From Candidatus Uhrbacteria bacterium (GTDB taxonomy: Bacteria > Patescibacteriota > Patescibacteriia > SG8-24), in assembly GCA_016929435.1 (NCBI GenBank), contig JAFGIV010000006.1, forward strand, positions 8,071 through 72,070: a stretch of 64,000 bases of DNA, given 5' to 3'. The translations under genes were made by a program, and so were the position numbers. Under the pieces are notes generated by a model that saw nothing but the letters and a program-made list of their open reading frames with translations, did not search any database and had not been told where the DNA came from. Below are positions 33,968-43,172 of this stretch, piece after piece. Numbering within the stretch: position 1 is the first letter of the stretch; every line of letters begins with the position of its first letter.

Positions 33968-34633
33968 ATGCGCATCCAAATTTTTATAGACGGCGGCAAC
34001 TTCCACCACTTGGCCCTGAAGCCCCTTGGTCTTCAGGAGGCAGATTTCGATTTCGACGGGTTTGCCTCCTTCTTGGCTGATGGGCGTCAGATTACCGAGA
34101 TAGGCAAGCGGTACTATATCGGCACGGTCCGAGAAAGGGAGGGAGACGAAAGGAGTAGGGTGGCCATGGCCAAGCAGACAAGACTTTTCAACGGGTTAAA
34201 AGGGACCGGTTGGGCCATAAAGACCAGCAAGCTGCGCACACGAACCGAGAGGGTTCGGATTGATGCGAGGGTTGTTGATTGCGAAAGCCTTTTGACCTTG
34301 GGGATTACCGAAGTCGTATATAATACGTTTCGAGAAAAGGGCATAGATGTCAAAATCGCCACGGACATGGCGGCGGCGGCAGTTGATGACCGTTGTGAGG
34401 TTCTAATCGTCGTCAGTTCCGACACCGATCTGGTGCCGATGATTGATTGGGTAAGGAACCGTTACTCCAAGAAAGTCGAATATATCGGTTTCTCAATACT
34501 CGCCTCATCGGGTGACGCCATGGTCAAGCCAACCCAGCAACTGATCGCACGGACTGATCGGCAGAGGGTCCTGGTGGAGAGTGACATCAGGAAATTTGTC
34601 AGGACGGAAAAGCAGGTCGCCTTGATCGATTAG
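33968..34633 (+). CDS. NYN-domain (LabA-like, PIN-fold) putative RNase
   Basis: MRIQIFIDGGNFHH...KGIDVKIATDMAAAAVDDRCEVLIVVSSDTDLVPMIDW matches the NYN/LabA pattern. Confidence 0.8.
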   Translation: MRIQIFIDGGNFHHLALKPLGLQEADFDFDGFASFLADGRQITEIGKRYYIGTVREREGDERSRVAMAKQTRLFNGLKGTGWAIKTSKLRTRTERVRIDARVVDCESLLTLGITEVVYNTFREKGIDVKIATDMAAAAVDDRCEVLIVVSSDTDLVPMIDWVRNRYSKKVEYIGFSILASSGDAMVKPTQQLIARTDRQRVLVESDIRKFVRTEKQVALID

Positions 34634-34655
34634 AATAAGCTGGACGATGATACGG

Positions 34656-34684
34656 GGCCGCTCATCGAGAGCGGCTTTTTCTAT
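34656..34684 (+). terminator. Rho-independent terminator
   Basis: gccgctc-atcgag-agcggc followed by tttttct. Confidence 0.7.
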
Positions 34685-34701
34685 TTTGATTGAGGCAACA
34701 A

Positions 34702-34758
34702 AAAACCGCCAGCTTGTGCTGACGGTTTTGTGGTGGGCGGCAGAGGAGTCGAACCTCT
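34702..34758. repeat. 57-nt direct repeat (intact copy: tRNA-Val 3' end plus terminator hairpin)
   Basis: Pairs with 33608-33664. Confidence 0.8.
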
Positions 34759-34807
34759 GACCTCAACAATGTCAATGTTGCGCTCTAACCAACTGAGCTA
34801 GCCGCCC
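34731..34807 (-). tRNA. tRNA-Val (anticodon GAC)
   Basis: Reverse complement GGGCGGCTAGCTCAGTTGGTTAGAGCGCAACATTGACATTGTTGAGGTCAGAGGTTCGACTCCTCTGCCGCCCACCA: canonical cloverleaf, anticodon loop TTGACAT, CCA encoded. Confidence 0.9.
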
Positions 34808-34887
34808 CTATCGACAAAATCCATAATAAATTATCCTCCGCAAACAATCAAGCCCCCGGTTCGGGGGGGCTTGATTCGGGTTGGGGA

Positions 34888-37458
34888 TCAGGACCTGTTC
34901 TCGTCTTCCGTCCCGCCATCTTCCCCTTCCGGAAGGCCCTTCCCGCTTTCCTTTCCGTCCGGCGGTTGGGGCGGGCCGCTGACGGGGATCTGGAAGTAGA
35001 AGGTGCTGCCCTTGCCCTCCTCGGACTCGAACCAGACCCTGCCCCCGTGCATCTCCACGAACCGCTTGGCGATGTTCAGGCCGAGCCCGGAACCCTCCAC
35101 CTCGCTGGCCTTGGCGTTGGAGGCCCGGAAGAACATGCCGAATATCTTGTCCTGGTCGCCTTTCGGTATGCCCATTCCGTTGTCCTGGACCCTGACCAGG
35201 ACCGAACGCCCGGCATCGGCCAGGCTGACCCTGACCGACACCTGGCCGTTGTTCCTGCTGTATTTGACGGCATTGGTCAGGTAGTTGTCCAGGACATGCC
35301 GGAGCAGCTTGTCGTCCCCGACCACCTCCAGGAACCCCACCTCGCCGGTTTCGCAGGTCAGGTTGATTCCGCGGTTGGAGGCTATCGGCATGATGGAGGT
35401 ACAGGACTGTTGGGCCAGTTCCCCGAACGGCACCTGCTTCAGGCCTATCTCGATCTTACCGCGCTCCAGGCGGGATATCCTCATCAGGTCATTGACCAGG
35501 TTGCGCATCCTGTCCGAGGCTTCCGTCAGCATGGCGGTCAGGTCCTTCTGCTGCTGGGTCATCTTCCCATCGTCGGTCTCTATCGATTCCAGGGCCCAAC
35601 GGAAGGCGCTGAGCGGCGTCTTGAGCTCGTGGACCGTGAAGGCGATGAAATCGCGCTGTTCCTGGACCTTCCGGTTCAGCTGGTCGGACCTGGTCTCGAT
35701 GGCTTTTGCCATCCGGTTGAAGGTGTCGGAAAGCTTCCCGATCTCATCCGGGTATTTGACTGCGATCGGATCCGGCTCCATTCCGGCTTCCAGCCGTTCG
35801 GCCTCCAGCTGCAGGGGGCGGAGCGGCCGGAGCGGCACCTCCACCGCCCTGAACAGGAAATAGGTCAGGATGACCAGGAAGGAGAAGGTCCATACGTTGA
35901 TGACGGAAACGATTCGCAGGGTTTCCCGGTCGTAGTCGGCCTGGGTGATGATGACGAACAGGGATCCGGGATCGTTGGCCGTCGGGACGTTCATGTACAG
36001 GTGGCCGTTATGGTCTTCCGTGGGGGTCAGGTGCCATTGCCCCCTTCGGACCATTCCGTAGAGCCGTTCGGCCATCCCCTCCGTGTTGTTGCTGTGGTGG
36101 CGGTCCAGGATGATCCGTCCGGTGCGGATGTTGAACCACCCGCAGCCGCTGATCGGCATTTCCCCGCCGTACCTGCAGGCGCTGACGATGTCAACGGTCA
36201 GCGGTTCCGTGACCGCCAGGATCCCGACCGCCTGCCCCCGTTCGTCCCTGATTTGGGCGGCCACGGTCATCACCAGGTCGATCGGTCCGGTGGCGTTTCG
36301 GTCGAGGCTGATGTCAATGTCGGATTGGTCGGTCAGGACCTCGGCGAAGAACGACTGGCCGGGTTGCGGGTAGGGGATACCGTCCGTCGATGTCTCCCGG
36401 AAGACCGGGTTGCCGGCCGCATCGAATACGGACACCCGGCGGGAATCTTCCGTTTCCGCTGTGGGGTGGGGGATGCCGTTCCGGTAATCGGTGAGGATTC
36501 CGGCATATTGGCCGCTTTCGGCACGCTGTTCCGCCGCGGCCTTCAGGTTGGCGTATTGGATGTCCATGGACTGGTCCGCGATTCCCAGGGAATGGGAGAT
36601 GTGCATCTGGTGTTCGGACTGGAGGATCTGTCCGACCATGCGGTCGGCCACCAGGAACATGAGCAGGAAAGCGGATACGCAGAAGAAAATTCCGGTCATG
36701 GAGAGGAGCCGGTATACGATCCGTCCCCTCACCAGGGTCATCGGTTTTTCCCGAACCGTCCTGTCGGGATGGCGTTTCGAGACCATTCCCAGGTAGCGGG
36801 TAAACACCGAGGCCAGAAGGATGAGGTATACGAGCGGGATCCCGGACTCGAAGTTGGTGACCAGTAAGGTGCCGATGGTCATGGCCATGAGGATGGTCAG
36901 GATTCCGCCGACGAAAAGGTAAAGGTCCCCGCCGTTCGGCGTCCCGTTTCGGCGACCCCTGAACCAGGCCACTCCGGCCAGGACCGTGGCAATCAGGTGT
37001 ATCGCCATCCAGGTTCCGTAGTTGGCCAGGTAGTTGACGACGTTGTCCACCGGGACGTTTACCCCGAACACCTGGCGGGAGATGTCCCATCCCCAGGTCA
37101 TGGCCGCCAGTATGCCCATTACGATGGCCGCCGGCACGAAAACGTTCTGCTGGCGGCGGGTCATGAACAGCTGGCTGGTGATGTAGGCCACCAGGATCGT
37201 GCTGGTCAGGTTGATTTTCGGGGGGAGTCCGGCGATCTGCATCCCCAGGGTGGTGAACCCCTGGGCCTGGAGAAGCTGGGCGGCGACATCCGTCAGGTTG
37301 CTGACGGCCAGGATCAGGTAGAGGATTCCGACCGCCAGCAGGTACCGTTCTTTTGTCCGCTTCTTGAATTCCTGGAAGGCAGCGATGCCAAGGCCTATTT
37401 CCAGGACGGCGATCGTCAGCATGATGAAGGCCGTGGAGAATTGGAGAAGGAATCTCAT
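34888..37458 (-). CDS. Large membrane sensor histidine kinase (multi-TM N-terminal domain, extracytoplasmic sensor, HisKA, HATPase_c)
   Basis: H-box FTVHELKTPLSAFRWALESIE. VQDNGMGIPKGDQDKIFGMFFRA, GSGLGLNIAKRFVEMHGGRVWFESEEGKGSTFYF. At least 8 predicted TM helices in the first 280 aa. Confidence 0.9.
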   Translation of the reverse strand: MRFLLQFSTAFIMLTIAVLEIGLGIAAFQEFKKRTKERYLLAVGILYLILAVSNLTDVAAQLLQAQGFTTLGMQIAGLPPKINLTSTILVAYITSQLFMTRRQQNVFVPAAIVMGILAAMTWGWDISRQVFGVNVPVDNVVNYLANYGTWMAIHLIATVLAGVAWFRGRRNGTPNGGDLYLFVGGILTILMAMTIGTLLVTNFESGIPLVYLILLASVFTRYLGMVSKRHPDRTVREKPMTLVRGRIVYRLLSMTGIFFCVSAFLLMFLVADRMVGQILQSEHQMHISHSLGIADQSMDIQYANLKAAAEQRAESGQYAGILTDYRNGIPHPTAETEDSRRVSVFDAAGNPVFRETSTDGIPYPQPGQSFFAEVLTDQSDIDISLDRNATGPIDLVMTVAAQIRDERGQAVGILAVTEPLTVDIVSACRYGGEMPISGCGWFNIRTGRIILDRHHSNNTEGMAERLYGMVRRGQWHLTPTEDHNGHLYMNVPTANDPGSLFVIITQADYDRETLRIVSVINVWTFSFLVILTYFLFRAVEVPLRPLRPLQLEAERLEAGMEPDPIAVKYPDEIGKLSDTFNRMAKAIETRSDQLNRKVQEQRDFIAFTVHELKTPLSAFRWALESIETDDGKMTQQQKDLTAMLTEASDRMRNLVNDLMRISRLERGKIEIGLKQVPFGELAQQSCTSIMPIASNRGINLTCETGEVGFLEVVGDDKLLRHVLDNYLTNAVKYSRNNGQVSVRVSLADAGRSVLVRVQDNGMGIPKGDQDKIFGMFFRASNAKASEVEGSGLGLNIAKRFVEMHGGRVWFESEEGKGSTFYFQIPVSGPPQPPDGKESGKGLPEGEDGGTEDENRS

Positions 37459-37537
37459 AATTTTCTGTGTTTACCCCATAATTATACCACAAAACCGCCT
37501 CCCCTACATTTCGGGAGGCGGCTTTTTCGTCGTGCGG

Positions 37538-38791
37538 TCAGGCCGGGCGGACCGGCCTAATGTCAGGGTGCCCCAGTTCCGGGGCGGCGGTCACCCCGTC
37601 GGCTTCCTGTTTCCTTTCGGGCTCAAAAGGGCTTTTTCGGCCCAACGAACGGTAAACCGTGTCCAGAACCGACTTTTCCGCCTCCAGCAGGTTGGCGTTC
37701 GGGAAGCAGATTCGGGCCAACCGGCGGTCGCCGTTCGGTTTCAGGCCGGCCATTAGCCTGGTGGCGTCCCCGTGCCTTTCCGAGCTGATTAGGGCGCATA
37801 TCCCGGCCGGATGGCCGTCCTCGTTCCGGTGTCCCTGCTCGTAGATGACCCCGCAGATCTCCGCTTCCGGGGAATTGGCCATCATCTCCTCCATGATGTC
37901 GGGCAGTTGGTTTTCCGAGGCCCCGGAATGGATGAAATCCTGCCTGACCAGCAGTGTCCAGGCGAACTGGGTGCTGGCGTCGTGTTTGAGGCGGGAAAGG
38001 GCCCTTCCCCACAGTTTCAGGGTCGGGAGGGAACGGTTGCGGTAGAGGTGACGGACGATTTCCTCCCGTTGTCCTCCGGCGGCGATCAGTTCAGAGGCGA
38101 CCTTTAGGGTGTGGGGCGTGACCTGCGGCGTCCGGAAGCTCCTGGTCTTGGCTATCAGTCCGGTCAACAGGCAGGTGGCTGCCCCCTCGTCCAGGTCGGT
38201 CCGGTCGATCTCGTGCAGGACGTTAAATACCACCTCGGCCGCCGATGAGGCGGTAATGTCGATTATGTTGATGTTTCCGAACCGTTCGTTGGCCGGGTCG
38301 TTGTCGATGTTGACCACCGGAAGGCGGTGGAAGAAATCGGTGTTCTCCCGGAAGATTGCCCCAAGCGAGTCGTAGGAAGGCGTGTCCAGGCAGACGATCA
38401 GGTCATACCGGAAATCCGATGCGGATAGGGCGATGTCCTGATCCCGGAACTGTCCGGATTTCGGGGTGACGTATATCTTGAGGCGATCTTCGGCCAGGTC
38501 ATAAGACAGGTCCTCTATTCCGGCCCGCGATACGTCCAGGCTGATGATGAATTTCTGGAGTTTCCCCAAGCTTGGCCTGATGTCGGTGACGCCGGGGAGG
38601 AACCCCACGTGTTTCGGGTCATCGAACCCGTCGGCTGCGATGTCGGCCCTCTTGCCCCAACCCTTCAGTATCCTGGCCAGCGCCAAGGCCGAACCGACCG
38701 CATCCGGATTCCATTCCTTCCGGAAGGTTATCAGGCAGTTGGTGGCGCGGTTGACGGTCTCCAGGAACTGTTTCCCGGTGTTGAGGGGCAT
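37538..38791 (-). CDS. DHH-family (NrnA-like) protein with degenerate DHH motif
   Basis: NPDAVGSALALARIL (DHH motif I region), DHHA1-like C-terminus. The canonical DHH is replaced by VNIDND. Start set at internal MPLNTGK (38791) to avoid a 58-nt divergent overlap with valS. Confidence 0.75.
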   Translation of the reverse strand: MPLNTGKQFLETVNRATNCLITFRKEWNPDAVGSALALARILKGWGKRADIAADGFDDPKHVGFLPGVTDIRPSLGKLQKFIISLDVSRAGIEDLSYDLAEDRLKIYVTPKSGQFRDQDIALSASDFRYDLIVCLDTPSYDSLGAIFRENTDFFHRLPVVNIDNDPANERFGNINIIDITASSAAEVVFNVLHEIDRTDLDEGAATCLLTGLIAKTRSFRTPQVTPHTLKVASELIAAGGQREEIVRHLYRNRSLPTLKLWGRALSRLKHDASTQFAWTLLVRQDFIHSGASENQLPDIMEEMMANSPEAEICGVIYEQGHRNEDGHPAGICALISSERHGDATRLMAGLKPNGDRRLARICFPNANLLEAEKSVLDTVYRSLGRKSPFEPERKQEADGVTAAPELGHPDIRPVRPA

Positions 38792-38919
38792 CGGTTCGGG
38801 CGGTGATGGATAAGGAATCACCTTATAGACCCTGGGAAATTGTGTCAAGAGAGCCGCCATCCCTTCCCAAAACCCCGCTTTTGGGCCAAAATATACGGGT
38901 CATCGCTAATGTGCCACTT

Positions 38920-41643
38920 ATGAAAAAAATCGAATTGGCCAAGGCCTACGAACCGCAGTCCGTTGAGGACGGAATTTACCGGGATTGGGAGCAATCCGGC
39001 CTCTTTAACCCCGACAACCTTCCCGGCAAAAGGGACGAGTCCTTTACCGTCATCATGCCCCCGCCCAACGCCACCGGCACCCTGCACATCGGACATGCCA
39101 TGTTCCTGACCCTGGAGGACATCATGGTCCGCTTTGCCCGGATGCGGGGCAAGGCCGCCCTGTGGCTGCCGGGTACGGATCACGCCTCCATCGCCACCCA
39201 GGCCAAGGTGGAGAAGATCGTCGCCAAGGAGGAGGGGAAGACCAAGTACGACTACGGCCGGGAGGCCTTCATCGAGCGGATCAAGAAGTTCGTCGGGGGT
39301 TCGCAGGCCACCATCCGCAGGCAGGTCCGGAAGATGGGCGCTTCCTGCGACTGGTCGCGGGAGGCCTATACGCTTGACGATCCGCGTTCTCGGGCCGTCC
39401 GGGAGATGTTCGTCCGGATGTTCGACGACGGCCTGATCTACCGCGGCTACCGCATCGTCAACTGGTGCCCGCGCTGCGAATCGACCCTGGCCGACGATGA
39501 GGTCGAGTACAGGGAGCAGCGGGGCAGGCTGTACTTCATGAAATACGGCCCGTTCACCGTGGCCACGACCCGCCCGGAGACCAAGCTGGGCGATACCGGC
39601 GTGGCCGTCCATCCGGAAGATGCCCGATACCGGGACATGATCGGAACGGAATTCGAGGTCGATTTCGGAATCGGTCCGCAGAGGATCAGGGTGATTGCCG
39701 ACGGGTCCGTCGATCCGGAGTTCGGTTCCGGAGTGGTCGGCCTGACCCCGGCCCACTCGGCCGTGGACTTCGAGATGGCCGAGAGGAACGGCCTGCCGAT
39801 CAGGAAGGTTATCGGCGAGGACGGGAAGATGACCGCCTTGGCCGGGAGATACGCCGGGATGACTGTCGAGGAGTGCCGGACCAGGTTCGTGGCTGACCTG
39901 GAGGCGAAGGGCCTCATGGAGAAGGTCGAGGATTTGGACAACAACATTTCCGTCTGCTACCGCTGCGCCACGCCAATCGAGCCGCTCACCTCGCGCCAGT
40001 GGTTTATTGACGTCAATCGCCCGATTGCCGATCGGGAAAACAAGTCCCTGAAGGAGCTGTCCGTCGAAGCCGTCCGGAGCGGCAACATCAGGATCGTTCC
40101 CGACCGCTTCGAGAAGGTCTATTGCCGTTGGATGGAGAACCTCCGTCCGTGGTGCATCTCCCGGCAGATATGGTTCGGGCATCAGGTGCCGGTCTGGTAC
40201 TGCGATGATTGTCGCGGGGGCCTTGCCGCGGACGGGGACGGCCTGGAGGGGGTCATCGTGTCCAGGGACACGCCGGACAGTTGCCCGAAATGCGGAGGAG
40301 CCAACCTGCGCAGGGATACCGATACCCTGGACACCTGGTTCTCGTCCGGGATGTGGACCTTCTCGACCCTCGGCTGGCCGGATAACGCCAAGGTCGGACC
40401 GGACGGTACCGTTGAGAAGACCGGGGACATCAAGCGTTTCCACCCTACCAGCATCATGGAGACCGGTTACGATATCCTGCCGTTCTGGGTAGCCCGGATG
40501 ATCCTGATGACCACCTATGCCTTGGGGGAGGTGCCTTTCCGGAACGTCTATCTGCACGGCCTGGTCCGCGACGAGCAGGGGAGGAAGATGTCCAAGTCCC
40601 TGGAGAACATCATCGACCCGATGGACGTGGCCGAGAAGTACGGCACTGACGCCGTCCGGCTGTCGCTGACCATCGGCAACGCCCCGGGCAATGACCTTAA
40701 GATGTCCGAGGACAAGATCGCTTACTTCCGAAACTTCGCCAACAAGCTCTGGAACATTTCCCGATTCATCCTGATGGGCGGCATTCCGGAGGGGAATCCG
40801 GCCCGTCCCGAACCGAGGACCCTGGCGGACCGATGGATCCTGGCCCGGTTCGACGAGACCGTCCGGTCCGTGACCGCGGACCTGGAGGGGATGAACTATT
40901 CCCGTCCCGGGGAGACGCTCCGCGACTTCACCTGGAACGAGCTGGCCGACTGGTATTTGGAGATCGCCAAGATCGAGAAGGCGCAGGAAAACGACGACAA
41001 CAAACAGAAGATATTGGCCTATCTCCTGTCCAACCTGCTCAAGCTCTGGCACCCGTTCATGCCGTTCGTCACCGAGGAGATCTGGCGGCAGGCCTTCGCC
41101 GCCGGTCCGGAGGACCGGATCATGGTGGCGGAGTGGCCGGAAGTGCCGGCGGCCGCTGCGGACGACGGGGCGGTCATGGACGGCATGGCGGCTCTGCGGG
41201 AGATCATCGTCACGATCCGCAACATCCGGTCCGAGTATGGGGTCGAGGCGGCCAAGAAGATTGGGGCCGTCGCTGTCGCCGGCGACAGGATCGATTTGGT
41301 AAGCCGGCATGCGCAGGTCATCAGGGGCTTGGCTCGCCTGGGCGAGCTCAGGGTTTCGGCTGAAGGCGACCGGCCGGAAGGGCAGGTCGCGGCGGCGGTC
41401 GTCGCCGGAGTGCAGCTGTTCGTCCCGCTCGGAGATTTGGTTGATGCTGACGCCGAAAAAGAAAGATTAAACAGAGAGCTGGCCGATGCCGAGAAATACC
41501 TGGCCGCCCTGAAGGGCAAGCTCGGCAACGCCGATTTCGTGGCCAAGGCCCCGGAAGCGGTGGTGGCCGCCGAAAGGGAGAAGCTGGCGGCGCAGGAGGA
41601 CAAGATCGCCAAGCTCCGGGGGCAGGTGGCGGGGATGTCTTAG
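38920..41643 (+). CDS. valS: Valine--tRNA ligase
   Basis: PPPNATGTLHIGHAM (HIGH), KMSKSLENIIDP (KMSKS), C-terminal coiled coil. Start at MKKIELAKAYEPQSVEDGIYRDWE (38920) rather than the track's 38803. Confidence 0.95.
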   Translation: MKKIELAKAYEPQSVEDGIYRDWEQSGLFNPDNLPGKRDESFTVIMPPPNATGTLHIGHAMFLTLEDIMVRFARMRGKAALWLPGTDHASIATQAKVEKIVAKEEGKTKYDYGREAFIERIKKFVGGSQATIRRQVRKMGASCDWSREAYTLDDPRSRAVREMFVRMFDDGLIYRGYRIVNWCPRCESTLADDEVEYREQRGRLYFMKYGPFTVATTRPETKLGDTGVAVHPEDARYRDMIGTEFEVDFGIGPQRIRVIADGSVDPEFGSGVVGLTPAHSAVDFEMAERNGLPIRKVIGEDGKMTALAGRYAGMTVEECRTRFVADLEAKGLMEKVEDLDNNISVCYRCATPIEPLTSRQWFIDVNRPIADRENKSLKELSVEAVRSGNIRIVPDRFEKVYCRWMENLRPWCISRQIWFGHQVPVWYCDDCRGGLAADGDGLEGVIVSRDTPDSCPKCGGANLRRDTDTLDTWFSSGMWTFSTLGWPDNAKVGPDGTVEKTGDIKRFHPTSIMETGYDILPFWVARMILMTTYALGEVPFRNVYLHGLVRDEQGRKMSKSLENIIDPMDVAEKYGTDAVRLSLTIGNAPGNDLKMSEDKIAYFRNFANKLWNISRFILMGGIPEGNPARPEPRTLADRWILARFDETVRSVTADLEGMNYSRPGETLRDFTWNELADWYLEIAKIEKAQENDDNKQKILAYLLSNLLKLWHPFMPFVTEEIWRQAFAAGPEDRIMVAEWPEVPAAAADDGAVMDGMAALREIIVTIRNIRSEYGVEAAKKIGAVAVAGDRIDLVSRHAQVIRGLARLGELRVSAEGDRPEGQVAAAVVAGVQLFVPLGDLVDADAEKERLNRELADAEKYLAALKGKLGNADFVAKAPEAVVAAEREKLAAQEDKIAKLRGQVAGMS

Positions 41644-41714
41644 AGCCCCCAAACGTTCTGAACCCTAAATCCCCAGCGCCCCCCTAAGTCCCCCAATACT
41701 GGGGGACTTAAAGT

Positions 41715-41845
41715 GTGGGGTGGGCGCGCTCGGATATTTGTCTTGGCCCCCAAACCCCCTCCCTGCGGGAGACCTGCGCCTTCAGGGGCTTAAGGGGAAG
41801 GGGATTCCGGAACGAAAAAAAACCCGAGAGATCGGGTCTTTTTGG
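41715..41845 (+). repeat. Intergenic repeat R1 (alpha + beta modules: GCGCTCGGATATTTGTCTTGGCCCCCAAACCCCC...TCAGGGGCTTAAGGGGAAGGGGATTCCGGAACGAAAAAAAACCCGAGAGATCGGGTCTTTTTGG)
   Basis: Shares the alpha core with 42640-42712 and the beta terminator module with 43205-43272. Has a 21-nt insertion relative to R2. The beta hairpin loop is inverted relative to R3. Confidence 0.7.
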
Positions 41846-41874
41846 AAGTTGTTTTGGAGAGATTTGTGAGAGGT

Positions 41875-42549
41875 CTATGTCATGTTTTTCAGAGAAGAAT
41901 TTATTTTCTCCTCGGCTCTCCGGACGGCTTCTTTCAGGTATCTTTCTGCTGCCGGGATGTAATTGGTTTCGTATCGGTCTTTCTCACGACACAAACCCAG
42001 TCGTTGTTTTTCTAGGCTACGCACCTTTTTTACTATTTTTTCCGCATTGTCGAGATCCTTGTCGGTGAGTTTTTTTAATTTTTCGCACATTGATTTGAGT
42101 AGTAGGCCGTCGATTTCATCGACCTCTAACCTCAGTGCCTTAACCCGCTTTCCGCCGAAATGAAGCAGTTTTTTCGTCTGCACAATCGTTGGCGGTCCAT
42201 TTAGTCCGACATGAAACCCGGCGAGTTTTTGTTCCTTCGCCTTTCTGACCAGAATCAAGACCGGAACAACCGTAACGGTCAGTAATAAAAAGAATATCAG
42301 CATCAGAACGCTGAATATTTTTGTGATCATTTTATCAATTATATCGCACCCTTCCCTTGTTTCCCATCGGTAATCGATGGTTTTTTGAGACCTGTCGAGT
42401 GGTGCGACTATGAAGCCGATCATCCGTTCGTTGCAGAGCGGAGACTGTGTCAGAAAAAGTTTCACGTACAGGTGGCCTATGATCAGCCACGTTAAGATTG
42501 CCAGTGACAACAGAACTATCCACATCTTTACCTCCCTGACGGCGTTCAC
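41875..42549 (-). CDS. Hypothetical membrane protein (2 TM + coiled coil), low-GC
   Basis: 224-aa ORF, about 42% GC, between repeats R1 and R2. TM helices WIVLLSLAILTWLIIGHLYV and IFSVLMLIFFLLLTVTVVPVLILV. Confidence 0.5.
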   Translation of the reverse strand: MNAVREVKMWIVLLSLAILTWLIIGHLYVKLFLTQSPLCNERMIGFIVAPLDRSQKTIDYRWETREGCDIIDKMITKIFSVLMLIFFLLLTVTVVPVLILVRKAKEQKLAGFHVGLNGPPTIVQTKKLLHFGGKRVKALRLEVDEIDGLLLKSMCEKLKKLTDKDLDNAEKIVKKVRSLEKQRLGLCREKDRYETNYIPAAERYLKEAVRRAEEKINSSLKNMT

Positions 42550-42639
42550 CGTCTTTCGTTGTTAATTTGCGAACCGTTTGCCTGAAGCTTAGCGGGAGTC
42601 CGGGGAGGAGTCAAGGGGGTTGCGCTCTTGCGGGGACCG

Positions 42640-42712
42640 GCGTAGGGTGGGAGCGCTCGGATATTTGTCTTGGCCCCCAAACCCCCTTCAGGGGCTTAAG
42701 AGGAAGGGGATT
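42640..42712 (+). repeat. Intergenic repeat R2 (alpha module; contains left 34-bp IR 42667-42700)
   Basis: gggtgggagcgctcggatatttGTCTTGGCCCCCAAACCCCCTTCAGGGGCTTAAGaggaaggggatt. Confidence 0.7.
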
Positions 42713-43172
42713 AATTCAAATCTCATATGGGATTCCCCTCTGTTTCCGGTGCGGTTGGCGTGGCTAACACCTGCACCAAGAAGATCTATCCGGAGTTGGC
42801 GGAAGCAGCCAAGAGAATGCGGGACAATCCGACCGATACTGAGGCCCTGGTTTGGGCCCGCCTTTCCGGCAGACAGTTGGGGCACAAGTTCAGGAGACAG
42901 CACGTCATCGACCGTTTCATTGTCGATTTCTTCTGTCTTGAGAAATCGCTGGTCGTGGAGATCGACGGCGGAATTCACAATCAGACCAAAGATAGGGATG
43001 CGGAAAGGGATAGAATATTGAAAGTGTTGGGCTGTCAGGTATTGCGTTTTTCGAATCGGCAGGTATGGGACAATCTCGACGGGGTAATCGCCACCATTCG
43101 TCGGGAATTGGATAAGGGAATAAAAACTAAAATTTCCTCTTAAGCCCCTGAAGGGGGTTTGGGGGCCAAGAC
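42667..43172 (+). mobile_element. Candidate small mobile/selfish element: DUF559 gene bracketed by perfect 34-bp inverted repeats
   Basis: IR-L 42667-42700 gtcttggcccccaaacccccttcaggggcttaag is the exact reverse complement of IR-R 43139-43172. Single gene between them (DUF559); its stop codon lies inside IR-R. Confidence 0.5.
42727..43143 (+). CDS. DUF559 (Vsr/restriction-endonuclease-like fold) domain protein
   Basis: EALVWARLSGRQLGHKFRRQHVIDRFIVDFFCLEKSLVVEIDGGIHNQTKDRDAERDRILKVLGCQVLRFSNRQVW matches the DUF559 consensus. Likely start is the internal M at 42817. Confidence 0.8.
   Translation: MGFPSVSGAVGVANTCTKKIYPELAEAAKRMRDNPTDTEALVWARLSGRQLGHKFRRQHVIDRFIVDFFCLEKSLVVEIDGGIHNQTKDRDAERDRILKVLGCQVLRFSNRQVWDNLDGVIATIRRELDKGIKTKISS

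Noticed and set aside
34966-37492. Long plus- and minus-strand alternative-frame ORFs (633 aa and 392 aa) over the large histidine kinase
   Set aside because: Alternative frames of a gene with a clear TM/HisKA/HATPase_c domain structure. The translations are low-complexity.
38845-41310. 821-aa minus-strand ORF
   Set aside because: Antisense to valS. Composition is Gly/Pro/Arg-rich with no domain. This is a classic long antisense ORF in GC-rich genes.
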